Of a stretch of DNA of 64,000 bases, positions 38,430 through 50,380 are shown piece after piece (position 1 is the first letter of the stretch; each line of letters begins with the position of its first letter). Made by a program: the position numbers and the translations under genes. Under the pieces are notes generated by a model, which did no database searches, was not told the DNA's origin, and saw only the letters and a list, made by a program, of their open reading frames with translations. The DNA lies in contig NC_042997.1 in assembly GCF_006345805.1 (NCBI RefSeq), positions 49,414,001-49,478,000 of the forward strand, in the 5' to 3' direction. The DNA comes from Octopus sinensis. Lineage: Eukaryota.

Positions 38430-39150
38430 TCGACGTAACCGTAAATAATAACCCGCGATAGGTGAACTGTAATATGGCGTGGGATTACTGTTGTTGATAA
38501 CTGCAAAGGATTCGGTTTACGCAACGATGGCATCAGCATGGGATGGCGAACTGTGAACAATGAAGTCGCCAAGGATTAGAAGACATATGGTTCTAGTCGA
38601 AAGGAGCAGATATATTTAGAGGGAAGGGCGATGAGTGATATTAAAGGCGGCGAGCTGGCAGAAAAGTTAGCACGCCGGGCGAAATGCTTAGCGGTATTTC
38701 GTCTGCCGTTACGTTCTGAGTTCAAATTCCGCCGAGGTCGACTTAGCCTTTCATCCTTTCGGGGTCGATTAAATAAGTACCAATTACACACTGGGGTCGA
38801 TATAATCGACTTAATCTGTTTGTATGTCCTTGTTTGTCCCCTCTGTGTGTAGCCCCTTGTGGGCAATAAAGAAATAAGATATATTTAGAGGAAGGAGACC
38901 AGCTTTAGATTGACAGAATAACTAGGTCATGCAGGTGAATAGTAGGGAAAATAGAATGTAGATATAACTAGAAATCACTTTCTGAATACAGAGTGTAACC
39001 TGGATAGCAAAAATACGCAGAACTATAGACAAATGTGAGAAATATCTGTCTCAGAGAGGAACAGGATGTGTTTGTAAGGGGTGGTGAGTCGATCCTTGGT
39101 AAGATCGGAGTTCACTGATGTTAAAAGAAGAGGAAAATTGCATAATCAGT
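38430..39150 (-). pseudogene. LINE apurinic-like endonuclease relic (CR1/L2-like) interrupted by a SINE
   Basis: FNISELRS, HILFLSETDIS, YPGYTL and LILGDFIVH in disrupted frames. Confidence 0.55.
38643..38878 (+). mobile_element. SINE family A, full length, flanked by a 15-bp duplication
   Basis: AGATATATTTAGAGG at 38608 and 38877; about 20 extra nt lie between the left copy and the SINE head. Confidence 0.92.
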
Positions 39151-40414
39151 CGAATTTAGTAATATTCTAATCGGAGTTGGACTGTTGCAAATTTTCGGAT
39201 CCTATTTTTAAAATGTCAACTCCGATAAAAACATCGGCCAGAAAGTGGTATTAAACAGAGTGAAGTAATGCACCCATCACCCATCAAGTACCTGTCACCC
39301 AGCTACAATAAGATTGTCTACTTTTTTTTCGAAATACTTTGCTCTGGAATACGAGATACTGCATTTTGCAATCGATATGGTACTAGTCTCTCTAAACCCA
39401 TTAAGATTTAGGACAAGACGAATTTTTGAACGGTAATTCTATTTTAAGAACAAAAGTCAATTCATTTTTGCCTCTGTGTATTGTGAAGGCCTGTGAAGTT
39501 AGATAATTATTTTCTCTCGGCGCCGCGATAGAAATGAATGTCATTCATTAACAAAAAATCTGCAGCACATTTTTGAACTCACACAATTCCTCTTAACATG
39601 TTTTGTCAAACCCAAACTGAAATACAAGAATCTGTCGCGACGTCGAGAGAAAATTATGGACTTCACAAGCTGTCATAACAATAACACCGAATCGAGGATG
39701 AATTAAGCTTTGTACTAAGACAAAATTTCTGCCGAAGAATTCTTATGTTCCGAGAAGCGTCTAGTCTTGATTAACAGTGGGATACAAGATTAATCTTCAC
39801 CAACTGATCAGACGATTTTACCGGTCGGCAGGCGTGAATTTACAGAACTATTCTATCCAAGCAGTAGATTTCAAAATCATATGTTCGAAAACTAATTGCA
39901 CCTTTATCGTTTCAATCCCTGTCCCATCAAGTCTAAAGGCCATAATCTAAAAAAATATCTATGCATAGAAATGAATGTTATCCATTCAAAAATTTTTTTT
40001 TAAAATCCGTTTCGTTGACGACTTCTACGTTCATATTTTTTATGTTCGTATAGTGTTTCGAAATCCTTTGTGGCATATCTTTACGCCAATAATAAACAAA
40101 CGCTCTTGTTTTATTTCGCTTCTTTAATTATTGCTGGTCAACTAGTTAACTATTTAATCAATTAACTAATCGATTATTTCATTAAGCGGTCGATCAATCT
40201 ATCAATCAGCTGGGTACCCGAGAGTCCTTTTTCACCATTCACGATCTCATCAGTTTTTAATTGGTTCATTTAAATATTGCTAACTGTAACGCACAGAACC
40301 TAAATTTTGCAAATACAGACTATATAGATATCTATTTTACTGATTGTGGTAGCCTGCAAAATGTTTTTGCATCATGAATGTGTGTATATATATATATATA
40401 CATATATAATTATA

Positions 40415-40474
<60 letters not shown>

Positions 40475-40475
<1 letters not shown>

Positions 40476-40650
40476 GCTAATCCAAACATGAAAACACAAA
40501 GAGAAAACACAACAACGCGAGGACGTGGAACAAGTATAGGGAAGGAAAGTAAGAAGGAGAATTTAACGTTTCGAGCGGAGTTCTTCGTCAGAAACATAGG
40601 AAAAGGAAAGAGCCAAGGAAGAGAAGATGGAGGGAAAAAATCGCCAATGA
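40475..40650 (-). mobile_element. Hammerhead repeat family C, copy with intact core
   Basis: TTGGCGATTTTT..CCTATGTTT-CTGACGA-A-GAAC(TCC)GCTC-GAAA-CGTT-AAAT..TTGTTCCACGTCCTCGCGTTGTTGTG..TTGGATTAGC(TA)n. Confidence 0.8.
40561..40595 (-). ncRNA. Minimal (35-nt) type I hammerhead, predicted GUU cleavage between 40565 and 40564
   Basis: Stem I GTTT/AAAT, extra A after A9, stem II with one mismatch (GAGC in the 45710 copy), stem III palindrome ACGT that can only pair in a dimer. Confidence 0.62.
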
Positions 40651-41391
40651 TACACAATATATAGTTAGCAAGTCACCTTCGGCAAAGGTTTTTTATTACA
40701 ACCCCAGGCCGACCTAAACTCGTGAGTGGATTTAGTTGACTGAAACGGAAGGAAGTCGGTCGTATCTTTTACTTGTTCCAGTCATTTGACTGAGGTCATG
40801 TGTGTGTTTGTGTGTGTGTGTGTGTGTTTGTGTGTGTGTGACACAGAGAGAGTGTGTGTGTGTGTGCACGCGTATGTGTGAGACAGTGTGTGTGTGTGCG
40901 TGTGAGAGAGAGAGAGTGTGTGTGCGTGCGTGTGTGGGTGTGTGTGTGTGTGAGAGATATATAATGCTCATAATTCTACGGTAGACATGAAATAATACAC
41001 AAGCAACAATACACACGTTAGACACATTATGAGTTACAAATATTAATATCAAATTAATATATTCATATAAGTAGTCGGGCGAATTAATAATGTAAGCTGC
41101 GGAATGACTCCAAAATAATGAGGACAGCATGTACGTCTATGCGCTTCGTGCAGGTTTTTACATATGTTTAGCTGGGCTATCATTACATATGTTTAGCTGG
41201 TCTCTCATTACAAATACGTCATCATGGCTGTAACTGCAAGGGCAAAAGTTCTACCGGTGTCACATATCGCTATACATACCAATTAAAACAACTCTATAAT
41301 ATCAGAAAGAGTTCACATGTCACACTTTACAGACAGCCTACATTAGCAGACAGACACCTACTTCGCCTTGGGAAATCATCTGATATATATA

Positions 41392-41436
<45 letters not shown>

Positions 41437-41442
41437 AATGTA

Positions 41443-42017
41443 TAGGGGTTGGACAAAATAATGGAAACACCTGGCATCACAGCATCATAATTTTGGAATA
41501 TCTGTAAAATCGTCAAGCTTGTCTATTTTTATGTCTTTTGATTTATTAGTGTTGCTTAATATGTTTTGCTAAAATTGCTGTTTCGTTTCCGATATCAACA
41601 GAAAAAGGTAATTAAAAATTCATTAAAATGACAGATCTACCGGACTTTCAAAGAGGTCAAATTGTTGGTGCTCCTATGGCAGGCGCTAGAATAACAAAAA
41701 ACAGCCGAAATGTTTGGTGTATCAAGAAATACTGTCTCGAAAGTAATGACAGCCTTTGAGGAAGAGGGAAAACCTCCTCGTCGAAACAAAACTTCGGAAG
41801 AAAACCAAAACTTTCAGATAGGGACCGTCGGACTCATACGCGAATTGTTAGAAAGGATCACAAAAGTACAATTCCCAAATTAACTGCAGAGCTTAATGAT
41901 CACCTTGAGAACCCAGTTTCCACAAAAGCTGTTCGCCGGGAGATGCACAAAGCCTGATATCATGGTAGGGCTGCAGACAGAAAACCACTGCTTTCAAAAA
42001 CAAACGTTGCAAAGCGT
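41443..42017 (+). mobile_element. 5' part of a Tc1-like transposon with frameshifted transposase N-terminus (ATG 41628)
   Basis: TIR-like AGGGGTTGGACAAAATAATGGAAACACC; MTDLPDFQRGQIVGA..AEMFGVSRNTVSKV, then GRKPKLSDRDRR..VSTKAVRREMHK..GRAA.RKPLLSKTNVAKR. Confidence 0.9.
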
Positions 42018-42056
42018 ATGGATATAAATGCGGATGTATTTTTATCTTTAAGTATG

Positions 42057-42087
<31 letters not shown>

Positions 42088-42104
42088 ATGTACGTGTGTG
42101 TGTA

Positions 42105-42424
42105 GGCGCGTGGCTTTGTGGTTAGGGTATACGGCTCGTGATCGTAAGGTCATGAGTTCAATTCCTGGCGATGCGTTTTGTCCTTGAGCAAGACATTTAA
42201 TTTCACGTTGCTCCAGTTCACTCAAGTGACAAAAATGAGTAGTACCTTTATTTCAAATGGCCAGCCTCGTCACACTCTGTGTCACGCTGAATCTCCCCAA
42301 GAGCTATATTCATGGTGCACGTGCCTGCTGAGTGCTCAGCCACTTGCACGTTGATTTCACGAGCAGGCTGTTCCGTTGATCGGAATAACTGGGAGCCTTG
42401 TCGTCATAACCGACGTAGTGCCAG
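42105..42424 (+). mobile_element. tRNA-derived SINE, head C plus Meta-like domain plus module shared with 7716
   Basis: GGCGCGTGGCTTTGTGGTTAGGG..GAGTTCAATTCC..CCTTGAGCAAGACA..GTCACACTCTGTGTCACGCTGAATCTCCCC. Confidence 0.85.
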
Positions 42425-42569
42425 TTTGTGTGTGTGTGTGTGTGTGTATATCTATCGGTATGTATGTATCTATGTATTATATATGCATGGATGCATGTAT
42501 ATACGTATGTATGTATGTATGTATGTATAAGCAAATACTCGTTGAAATACAGGGTGAGTTTCATTTAAC

Positions 42570-42775
42570 GTAGAATCGTTAGCACAGCGGACAAAATGGT
42601 TAGTGGCATTTCGTCCGTCCTTATGTTGCGTGTTCAAATTCTGCCGAGGTTGACTTTGCTTTTCATTCCTTTCGGGGCCGATAAATTTAAGTGCTAGTTG
42701 AGTACTGGGTTTGATGTAACCGCGACTTAACTCTTTCCCTGAAATTGCTGGCATTGTGCTAAAATTTGAAACCAA
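42570..42775 (+). mobile_element. SINE family A
   Basis: Core and GGCATTGTGCTAAAATTTGAAACC tail. Confidence 0.8.
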
Positions 42776-43052
42776 TATTCTGTGTAATATTTAGGTATGT
42801 ATTGGGAGTAGGCAATGAGAGGGGGAGAAGGATTTCATTAATGAAGGTGCTAGAACAGTTAAACGTAAAAAAGATGAGGTTAAAGACAGGAAAAGGGAAT
42901 GAATAAGGAGAAAAATGATTTCACGTTGAAATTTGCCGACATCTTGGAGGTCAGAGCTATTGGGTGGTAGATTGATGGTAAAGTAAAAGAGGGAATAGAG
43001 GAAAGATTTGAAAAAAAAAGAAGAAAAAAACAAACAAAAAACATTGTTATTT

Positions 43053-43470
43053 GGCGTAGGAGTGGCTGCATGGTAAGTAGCTTGCTTACCAACCACATGT
43101 TCCGGGTTCAGTCCCACTGTGTGGCACCTTGGGTAAGTGTCTTCTACTATAGTCTCAGGCCGACCAAAGCCTTGTGAGTTGTTTTGGTAGACGGAAACTG
43201 AAAGAAGCCCGTCGTATGTATGTTTATATATATATGTATGAGTGTGTGTCTATGTTTGTGTGTCTGTGTTTGTCCCCCAACATCGCTTGACAACCGATGC
43301 TGGTGTGTTTACAGGCCCGTAACTTAGCGGTTCGGCAAAAGAAACCGATAGAATAAGTACTAGGCTTACAAAGAATAAGTCCTGGGGTCGAATTGTTCGA
43401 CTAAAGGCAGTGCTCCAGCATGGCCGCAGTCAAACGACTGAAACACCTAAAAGAGTAAAAGAGTAAGAGT
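43053..43470 (+). mobile_element. SINE family B, full length
   Basis: GGCGTAGGAGTGGCTGCATGGTAAG.. to AAAAGAGTAAAAGAGTAAGAGT. Confidence 0.92.
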
Positions 43471-43582
43471 CTGTTACTATGATCGCCGCTGTCGCCACCC
43501 TCATGGCTACTATGATCACTACGGCCATTACGAAGAGTAATACATCAGAGCAGAGCATTGCTGATTCTGAGAAAGTGCCTGT

Positions 43583-43632
<50 letters not shown>

Positions 43633-43812
43633 GGTGGTGAGAGAAAGCGATGTTGTATTTGACTGGTGCTGTATCTGTTGGCTCCAAAAGGATAAAATGG
43701 TAAGTTTACTTTGGCAAGGATAAACTTGCTTGAACGCAGAACGCAAAGATCTGGAACAATTTTATATATACCCATAAACACACTCACATGTATGCATGTA
43801 TAGTATGTGTTT

Positions 43813-43846
<34 letters not shown>

Positions 43847-44281
43847 ATTTGAGTGAACCCAACCACAGAACATTTGGTTGCATTCCTGGTGAGACTTGAT
43901 TCCATTACGTCATATACTTATCATTATCTTTTCTTATTTAGAGCATCAAAGTAATAAAAATAAATTTGAAAAAGCACCATTTTATATGAAATAGATAAAA
44001 GGTGATCGTCACCTTTGGGATAATTTTTTTTGTGAGCTGTCCTAGTTAATTACTTTTTAAAACTACTACTGAGAGAAATGTATTTAAAAAATTAAGGTTA
44101 TTAGAAATAGTACTTCACGCTTTATATATTTACAGCAGAAAGATATTTCTTAAACAGAATCAAAAACGAAAACTATATTTAGAAATCAAAAACTGTTTAA
44201 TGCAAAACTAAAGGTACACACATAACTATCTAGCTATCCATCTCTCTCCTTTGCTTGTTTGTCTTTCTCTTTCTCTCTATC

Positions 44282-45028
44282 TTTTCCTTGTACCATTGTA
44301 TTGGAATGAGTTGAAGGATGGTGATCCCTTCAAAAATAAATAAAAAATAAAATAAAAAATGAAAAACAGCTGTGCTTTGGTCATCACAGAAAGTCTTTTT
44401 GCTTTCTTTCTATCCCTCTGTTTTTTCTTCTTTCCTTTTTCCTTCCTTTTCCTCCTTTCTTTCTTTTTCTCCTCTTTGAGGTTATATTTGGAATACATCC
44501 CTTCCAAACAGTCATTTTGGGAGGGAACTTTTTGATAAAGTGTAGTATGTATATATAGGTATATATATTATATATATATATATATATATAATATATATAT
44601 ATTGTATATATTAGACATACACATACATACACATAGATATATGTAAAGCTAGAACGTACGTATATATATGTATGTGTGTGTATATATATATATTTGTTTT
44701 CCTTTATTTACTGATTGATTTTTCAAATTGTTAATCTGCAAATATTTTACTAATGTATTTTTTGGGAGAATTACACTTTATCAAAAAATTCCCTCCAAAA
44801 CTGAATATTCTAAATATAACTCAAAGAGGAGAAAAAGAAAGAAAGGGGGAAAACGGAAGGAAAAAGGAAAGAAGAAGAAAAAAAAACAGAGGAATAGAAA
44901 GAAAGCAAAATGACTTTCTGTGATGACCAAACCACAGCTGCTTTTTATTTTGAATTTTATTTTTATTTTTATTTATTTTTTGAAGAAGTCATCCTTAAAC
45001 TCATTCCAATACAATAGTAAAAGGAAAA
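44282..45028. mobile_element. Fold-back element with ~260-bp inverted arms around a (TA)n-rich spacer
   Basis: Left arm 44282-44546 and right arm 44770-45028 mirror each other (CATTGTATTGGAATGAG / CTCATTCCAATACAAT; GGTCATCACAGAAAGTC / GACTTTCTGTGATGACC; GATAAAGTGTA / TACACTTTATC). Confidence 0.88.
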
Positions 45029-45125
45029 AAATAATTGAATAAAAAAATGGTGCATAGGAAGGTGGATACTCTTTCTCTCTCTCTCTCTTACCCTCTATCC
45101 ATCTGTCTATCTGTGTGACAGACTG

Positions 45126-45243
<118 letters not shown>

Positions 45244-45379
45244 AGCTGGTGTACTTACCTGTACATTCACAGAATTGTATTTTACAAGTTCTAGAGAGGA
45301 ACGAAAGCACTAATAATAATGAAGAAATAAAAGGATTTTTCCAAATTCTGACGATTTTTTTTTTTAATATTCAATTCTG

Positions 45380-45428
45380 TACATTACACCACACTATATA
45401 TATATATATATATATATATAGATATATA

Positions 45429-45460
<32 letters not shown>

Positions 45461-45760
45461 ATAGATATATATACATATATATATATATATATTATATAAT
45501 ATATATATATATATTATAGGTAGATAGATATATAGGATATAGAGATAGATAGATAGATAATTCACACACTACAAAAACAAAACACACACGCACACAACAT
45601 ATGCATATACACACACATATGATTCAAACTGCCAATCAACCACCCTTCTACTGCCCATATCCTCGACGCAATGTGAACGTGGCGATTTCTTCTTCCGTCT
45701 TCCAAAGAAGAGCGTCTGCTCGAACGTTAAGCCAACTTTCTTTGTACCCTGAGGTCTGCT

Positions 45761-45807
<47 letters not shown>

Positions 45808-45827
45808 TTATATAATATATATATGTA

Positions 45828-45896
<69 letters not shown>

Positions 45897-46022
45897 TATG
45901 TATATATATATATATGTAATATATAGATATAATATATATATATGTATATATATAGATATATGTATATATTTATATATGATATATGTTATATATATATATT
46001 ATATAGATATATATAATATATA

Positions 46023-46083
<61 letters not shown>

Positions 46084-46198
46084 TATGTATATTGTATATG
46101 TATATATGTATATATATATATATAATATATATATTATATATTATATGTATATATGTATATGTATATATGTATATATATATATATATATATAGATATAT

Positions 46199-46243
<45 letters not shown>

Positions 46244-46254
46244 TATATATATAT

Positions 46255-46303
<49 letters not shown>

Positions 46304-46310
46304 CATCTAC

Positions 46311-46357
<47 letters not shown>

Positions 46358-46485
46358 TTACAATACATATATACATATATATATATATATATTATATATA
46401 TATATATATACACATAACATATACATATATACATATATATAATCTATATATATATATATATATAATTATATATATATATATATCG

Positions 46486-46521
<36 letters not shown>

Positions 46522-46547
46522 TATAATATATATATATATATATATAT

Positions 46548-46602
<55 letters not shown>

Positions 46603-46605
46603 GAA
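45380..46605. repeat. Very long imperfect (TA)n tract split by a hammerhead-family C fragment (about 45670-45760)
   Basis: Direct reading; other long tracts at 23655-23870, 24805-24978, 30675-31190, 32220-32530 and 51685-51890. Confidence 0.95.
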
Positions 46606-46607
46606 AC

Positions 46608-46822
46608 TTAGGCGGTTAGCTGGCTGAATCGTTAGCATGTCAGGCGAAATGGATGGCGGCATTTTGTCTGTTTTATGTTGTGAGTTCGAATGCCTGCATG
46701 GTCGACTTTGCCCTTTCATCCTTTCAGGGTCAATAAAATTAGTACCAGTTGAGCACTGGTGTCAATTTAATCGATTTAGCCCCTTCCCGAATTTGCTGGT
46801 CTTGTGCCAAAATTTGAAGCCA
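46608..46822 (+). mobile_element. SINE family A
   Basis: AGGCGGTTAGCTGGCTGAATCGTTAGC.. core and GGTCTTGTGCCAAAATTTGAAGCC tail. Confidence 0.85.
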
Positions 46823-48186
46823 GTATATAAATATGTGTGTGTGCGTGTAAAACTGGAGTAAATTCTGCCATTCTAGAAGTTATCATTTTCACCAAATTTC
46901 AATGGTCAAGCTTGTTAGCATCTCATTCATTAAAAACAAACGAAAAAACGCCATAAACAACCAAAAAAAAAACACAAAATCCTTTGAATAATGAAAACTG
47001 TTGTCCTAGCATCTCTTAAGCGTAAGGTTCTTATAATTATTCAATTAACTGTTTACTCCTCAACTTGCTATTATGTTTAATTGAAGATGGCTTATATTTT
47101 GAAGTACCTAATTATATTAGTGATACAAGTTTAAAGAATCCTTGAAAAACCTCTATTCATGTATGGTCTACAGACTATATTTTGTCGTTAAGGCATCAAC
47201 ATATTTGAAGTAATAGAAAATAGTTTAATTATGTTTAGTAATTAATCAACTTACTCGGATATAATTCTGTCTTTTACTTTCTTCAGTCACTGGACTACGG
47301 CTATGCTGGGACTGCTATCCTCCAGGGCAATGCCTCTTCCATTTTGTCTGCTGGTACCTAGAGAAATGTTGCTATATTGTAGGAGGCAAGATTCTTCGTT
47401 AATCACTCAGCTTTGACTTAAATAATCCTTTTATTACCATCGTAAGGGCTCTTTCTTACTTAGAAATCCAGCATTATTTTCTATTTCTTGTTTTTGCATA
47501 GGTATTTATAAACGTTATCAATATTTATTTCTGTTTGACTTATTTTAGCCATCCGTATTTGTTGAACACTACAGTTATGAGAAATAAATAAGATCAATAT
47601 AAACAAGAGCACCGGTTTTTTTTTTAGACCCTGTAAGCATGAGCACAAACGTACACATTCGTATACATCACCATCTGTGTATCATACTGGATTTATGCAC
47701 ACCGTTAGAAAGCATGATGCTATGGAACTGTCCGTGACAAATGCTGTTTCAATTGCTTACACTGATATTTACCTTGTCTACAGCCCGGCAAGCTTCTCCT
47801 ATACCAGTGACTGTTTTATTCCCTGCTTCCTCTATACCGAGACGCGGTATATTTCGTTTAAACAAGTGACCATCGCGTGAACACCATTCACAAGGTTCAA
47901 AAGACGGCGAAACATGGTTCGCCGTTCTCGAGAGTCAACGAAGCAACGGTGTCTCACTTCAGTATATTTCGTTTTGAACACATGTATTATGAAAAAAAAA
48001 CCGGTATTCTTCCTAACTGAATATAAAGGAAGTATAAAGGAAATATGAGATATGATTGACAAAAAACTAGAGATTATGTATGAATAGAGTTGTATTTTCC
48101 GTATGAGTGTGTGTGTGTCTGTGTGTGTGTGTGAGAGAGAGTGTGTGTGCGTGTGTGACTGTGTGTGTGAGAGAGGGAGAGACAGC

Positions 48187-48218
<32 letters not shown>

Positions 48219-48274
48219 CTGTGTGTGCGAGTGAGTGTGTGTATATATGCATATGAAGGAACAACATAAAGCTC

Positions 48275-48328
48275 ACTATAGCGGTTTCACTCTGCGCATG
48301 TTACTATAGCAGCACCAGTCTGCGCATG
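48275..48328. promoter_or_regulatory. Twice-repeated ACTATAGC..TCTGCGCATG motif (NRF1-like half sites), possible promoter
   Basis: 28-bp period duplication; a CpG-richer block at 47830-47960 and a minus-strand donor AAG|GTAAAT at 47773/47772 lie downstream. Confidence 0.25.
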
Positions 48329-48881
48329 GCACCATCCTCTTTCCCCCTGCCTCCTTCTTCACCCACACATCTGATCAATAACTTTTCCATCCGTTGCTTT
48401 TTCCAAATGTCCTGAAGAAAGGGTTATAACCCTGAAATATAGTTTTCCTTTTGTAATTTTCTATTTACTTTTTACCTTCTCGCATTGTTCCGGCCTTACA
48501 CAACAAAACTCATATATATATGTTACAAACTGATGGAGTGCGAGACTGTCTCTTATTATTGTTTAATCATAAGGTTGACGCTCGTGACCCCTTTCAGGGC
48601 CTCCCACAATGGCGGACTAAATAGAGGAAGGTGTTTTGAAACAAGACACCAAAAACGAATGCTTCTAATGAAAGAGACTCCGCTAAATACTCCCAAAGAC
48701 CAGTGAATGTTTTGAACCATATGACGGATTTTTTACTCTACTACCCCACTTCAAACCACTTCGGATGAGTTGCTTCTCAAACACCCATTACTCACCGCTC
48801 CCAAGCTTCGTCTCATCGCCCTTTTCTAGACCAGATAAATCCTTCTTCCTTAGATCTGCAGATCTCTATAAACATCTGGCA

Positions 48882-49806
48882 TAACGCTTACAGCTTAGTT
48901 TTTTTTCTTGGGGCTGGCCGAGTTGGAGCAAATATCAGAATTGAACAGCCGAAATTTGCTATGATGATTCGGTGTCTGACTGAAGATTGAAGGCTTCGAA
49001 TGATTTGTCTGTGTTCCGTGTTCGTCCCTTCCTGTATTTCACGTTCTTTATATATAACAACATTTATTCTTATATTATTGCGGCGTTACGTGCACCCCCC
49101 CCCCGTTTGTTTATCCAATTTTAAACCCTGCACGACTTCTATATATTTTCTCTTTCCTACCCGCCATTGCTTCTTTACCAAACTATTTTGGCGCCCTCCG
49201 ATTCTTCCCCTCTCTTCCTCCCATCCTCCTCAATCCATTCTTTCTCCTTTCTCTTGGTCACTGATTCTGTCCCCTGCCTCCACCCTCTTTGATTCCTCTC
49301 TCTCTGTCTCTCTTTTCTCTCTCTCTCCTGCAACCTGCTGCTTCTTAACCATTCTGTTGGCGATCGTATCTCGACCAACATGTGTCCCCTCTACCGAAAA
49401 GGTAATTATTTCTACGCCAGCTGCTATGTTGTTGTTGTTTTTGTCTCATTTGGTCTAAAGTCGTAAGACAACCACCGTTATATTATATTTTGTTTAACCG
49501 TTACCGTTTTCAATTTCGTTTTCGTCTCTTGTATTTACATCCGTCTCTTGCGTTTACATTCTTGTCTTCTACCAAGAAATCTAATGCTTACAGCTTAGTT
49601 TTTTTCTTGGGGCTGGCCGAGTTGGAGCAAATATCAGAATTGAACAGCCGAAATTTGCTATGATGATTCGGTGTCTGACTGAAGATTGAAGGCTTCGAAT
49701 GATTTGTCTGTGTTCCGTGTTCGTCCCTTCCTGTATTTCACGTTCTTTATATATAAAAACATTTATTCTTATATTATTGCGGCGTTACGTGCACCCCCCC
49801 CGTTTG

Positions 49807-49808
<2 letters not shown>
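48882..49808. repeat. Two almost identical ~230-bp direct repeats (48882-49112 and 49582-49808) around a 470-bp pyrimidine-rich spacer
   Basis: Starts are exactly 700 bp apart; differences are two substitutions and homopolymer lengths; no TG..CA ends and no TSD seen. Confidence 0.92.
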
Positions 49809-49903
<95 letters not shown>

Positions 49904-49904
<1 letters not shown>

Positions 49905-50045
49905 TACTTTATTTAAAGCAGCAGAAAATTCAACAGGTTTTGTTGAATTGTTGAATTTTCTGCTGCTTTAAATAAAGCATATTACTCTACCACTGGTATT
50001 TGAGTACTCTTTTTTCCACTTGTCTCACACTTATGTGTTTACTCC

Positions 50046-50048
<3 letters not shown>
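49904..50048 (+). mobile_element. Sibling of the 3028 mini-element with an inverted 5' duplication
   Basis: ATACTTTATTTAAAGCAGCAGAAAATTCAACA (49904-49935) is the reverse complement of TGTTGAATTTTCTGCTGCTTTAAATAAAG.AT (49949-49980). Confidence 0.8.
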
Positions 50049-50119
<71 letters not shown>

Positions 50120-50124
50120 ATAAC

Positions 50125-50320
50125 TTATAAATAAGGGCAAACGAAAAAATTTCTAATGCCAAATATACCGAAATTGAACATATTGTCCATAACCATAAAT
50201 TTTTCACAATACGCACGCTACTCGGAAAAAGCCGACAGAAATTTATAAAAAATTCCATTATTACCATTTCGGACCGATTTCAGGGTTAGTTCGTAAGAAC
50301 CCTCCCTTCGTCAGTGATAA
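50125..50320 (-). mobile_element. Dispersed repeat with hammerhead core (sibling of 9860-10085)
   Basis: TCA-CTGACGA-AGGG..GTTC(TTAC)GAAC..CCCT-GAAA-TCG-GTC-CGA at 50316-50269. Confidence 0.6.
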
Positions 50321-50349
50321 ATGTGGCAAAGAAATAAAGGAGATACTTA

Positions 50350-50380
<31 letters not shown>

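Noticed and set aside
45380-46605. Encoded pattern in the long AT tract
   Set aside because: The interruptions look like slippage or sequencing indels; I saw no higher-order period.
47773-47925. Coding exon RTANHVSPSFEPCEWCSRDGHLFKRNIPRLGI..DK
   Set aside because: There is an in-frame stop just upstream, no convincing acceptor or ATG, and no recognised homologue; kept only as a possible non-coding exon.
48975-49010. CTGAAGATTGAAGGCTTCGAA (also at 49680) as a hammerhead
   Set aside because: GAAA is incomplete and neither stem I nor stem III pairs.
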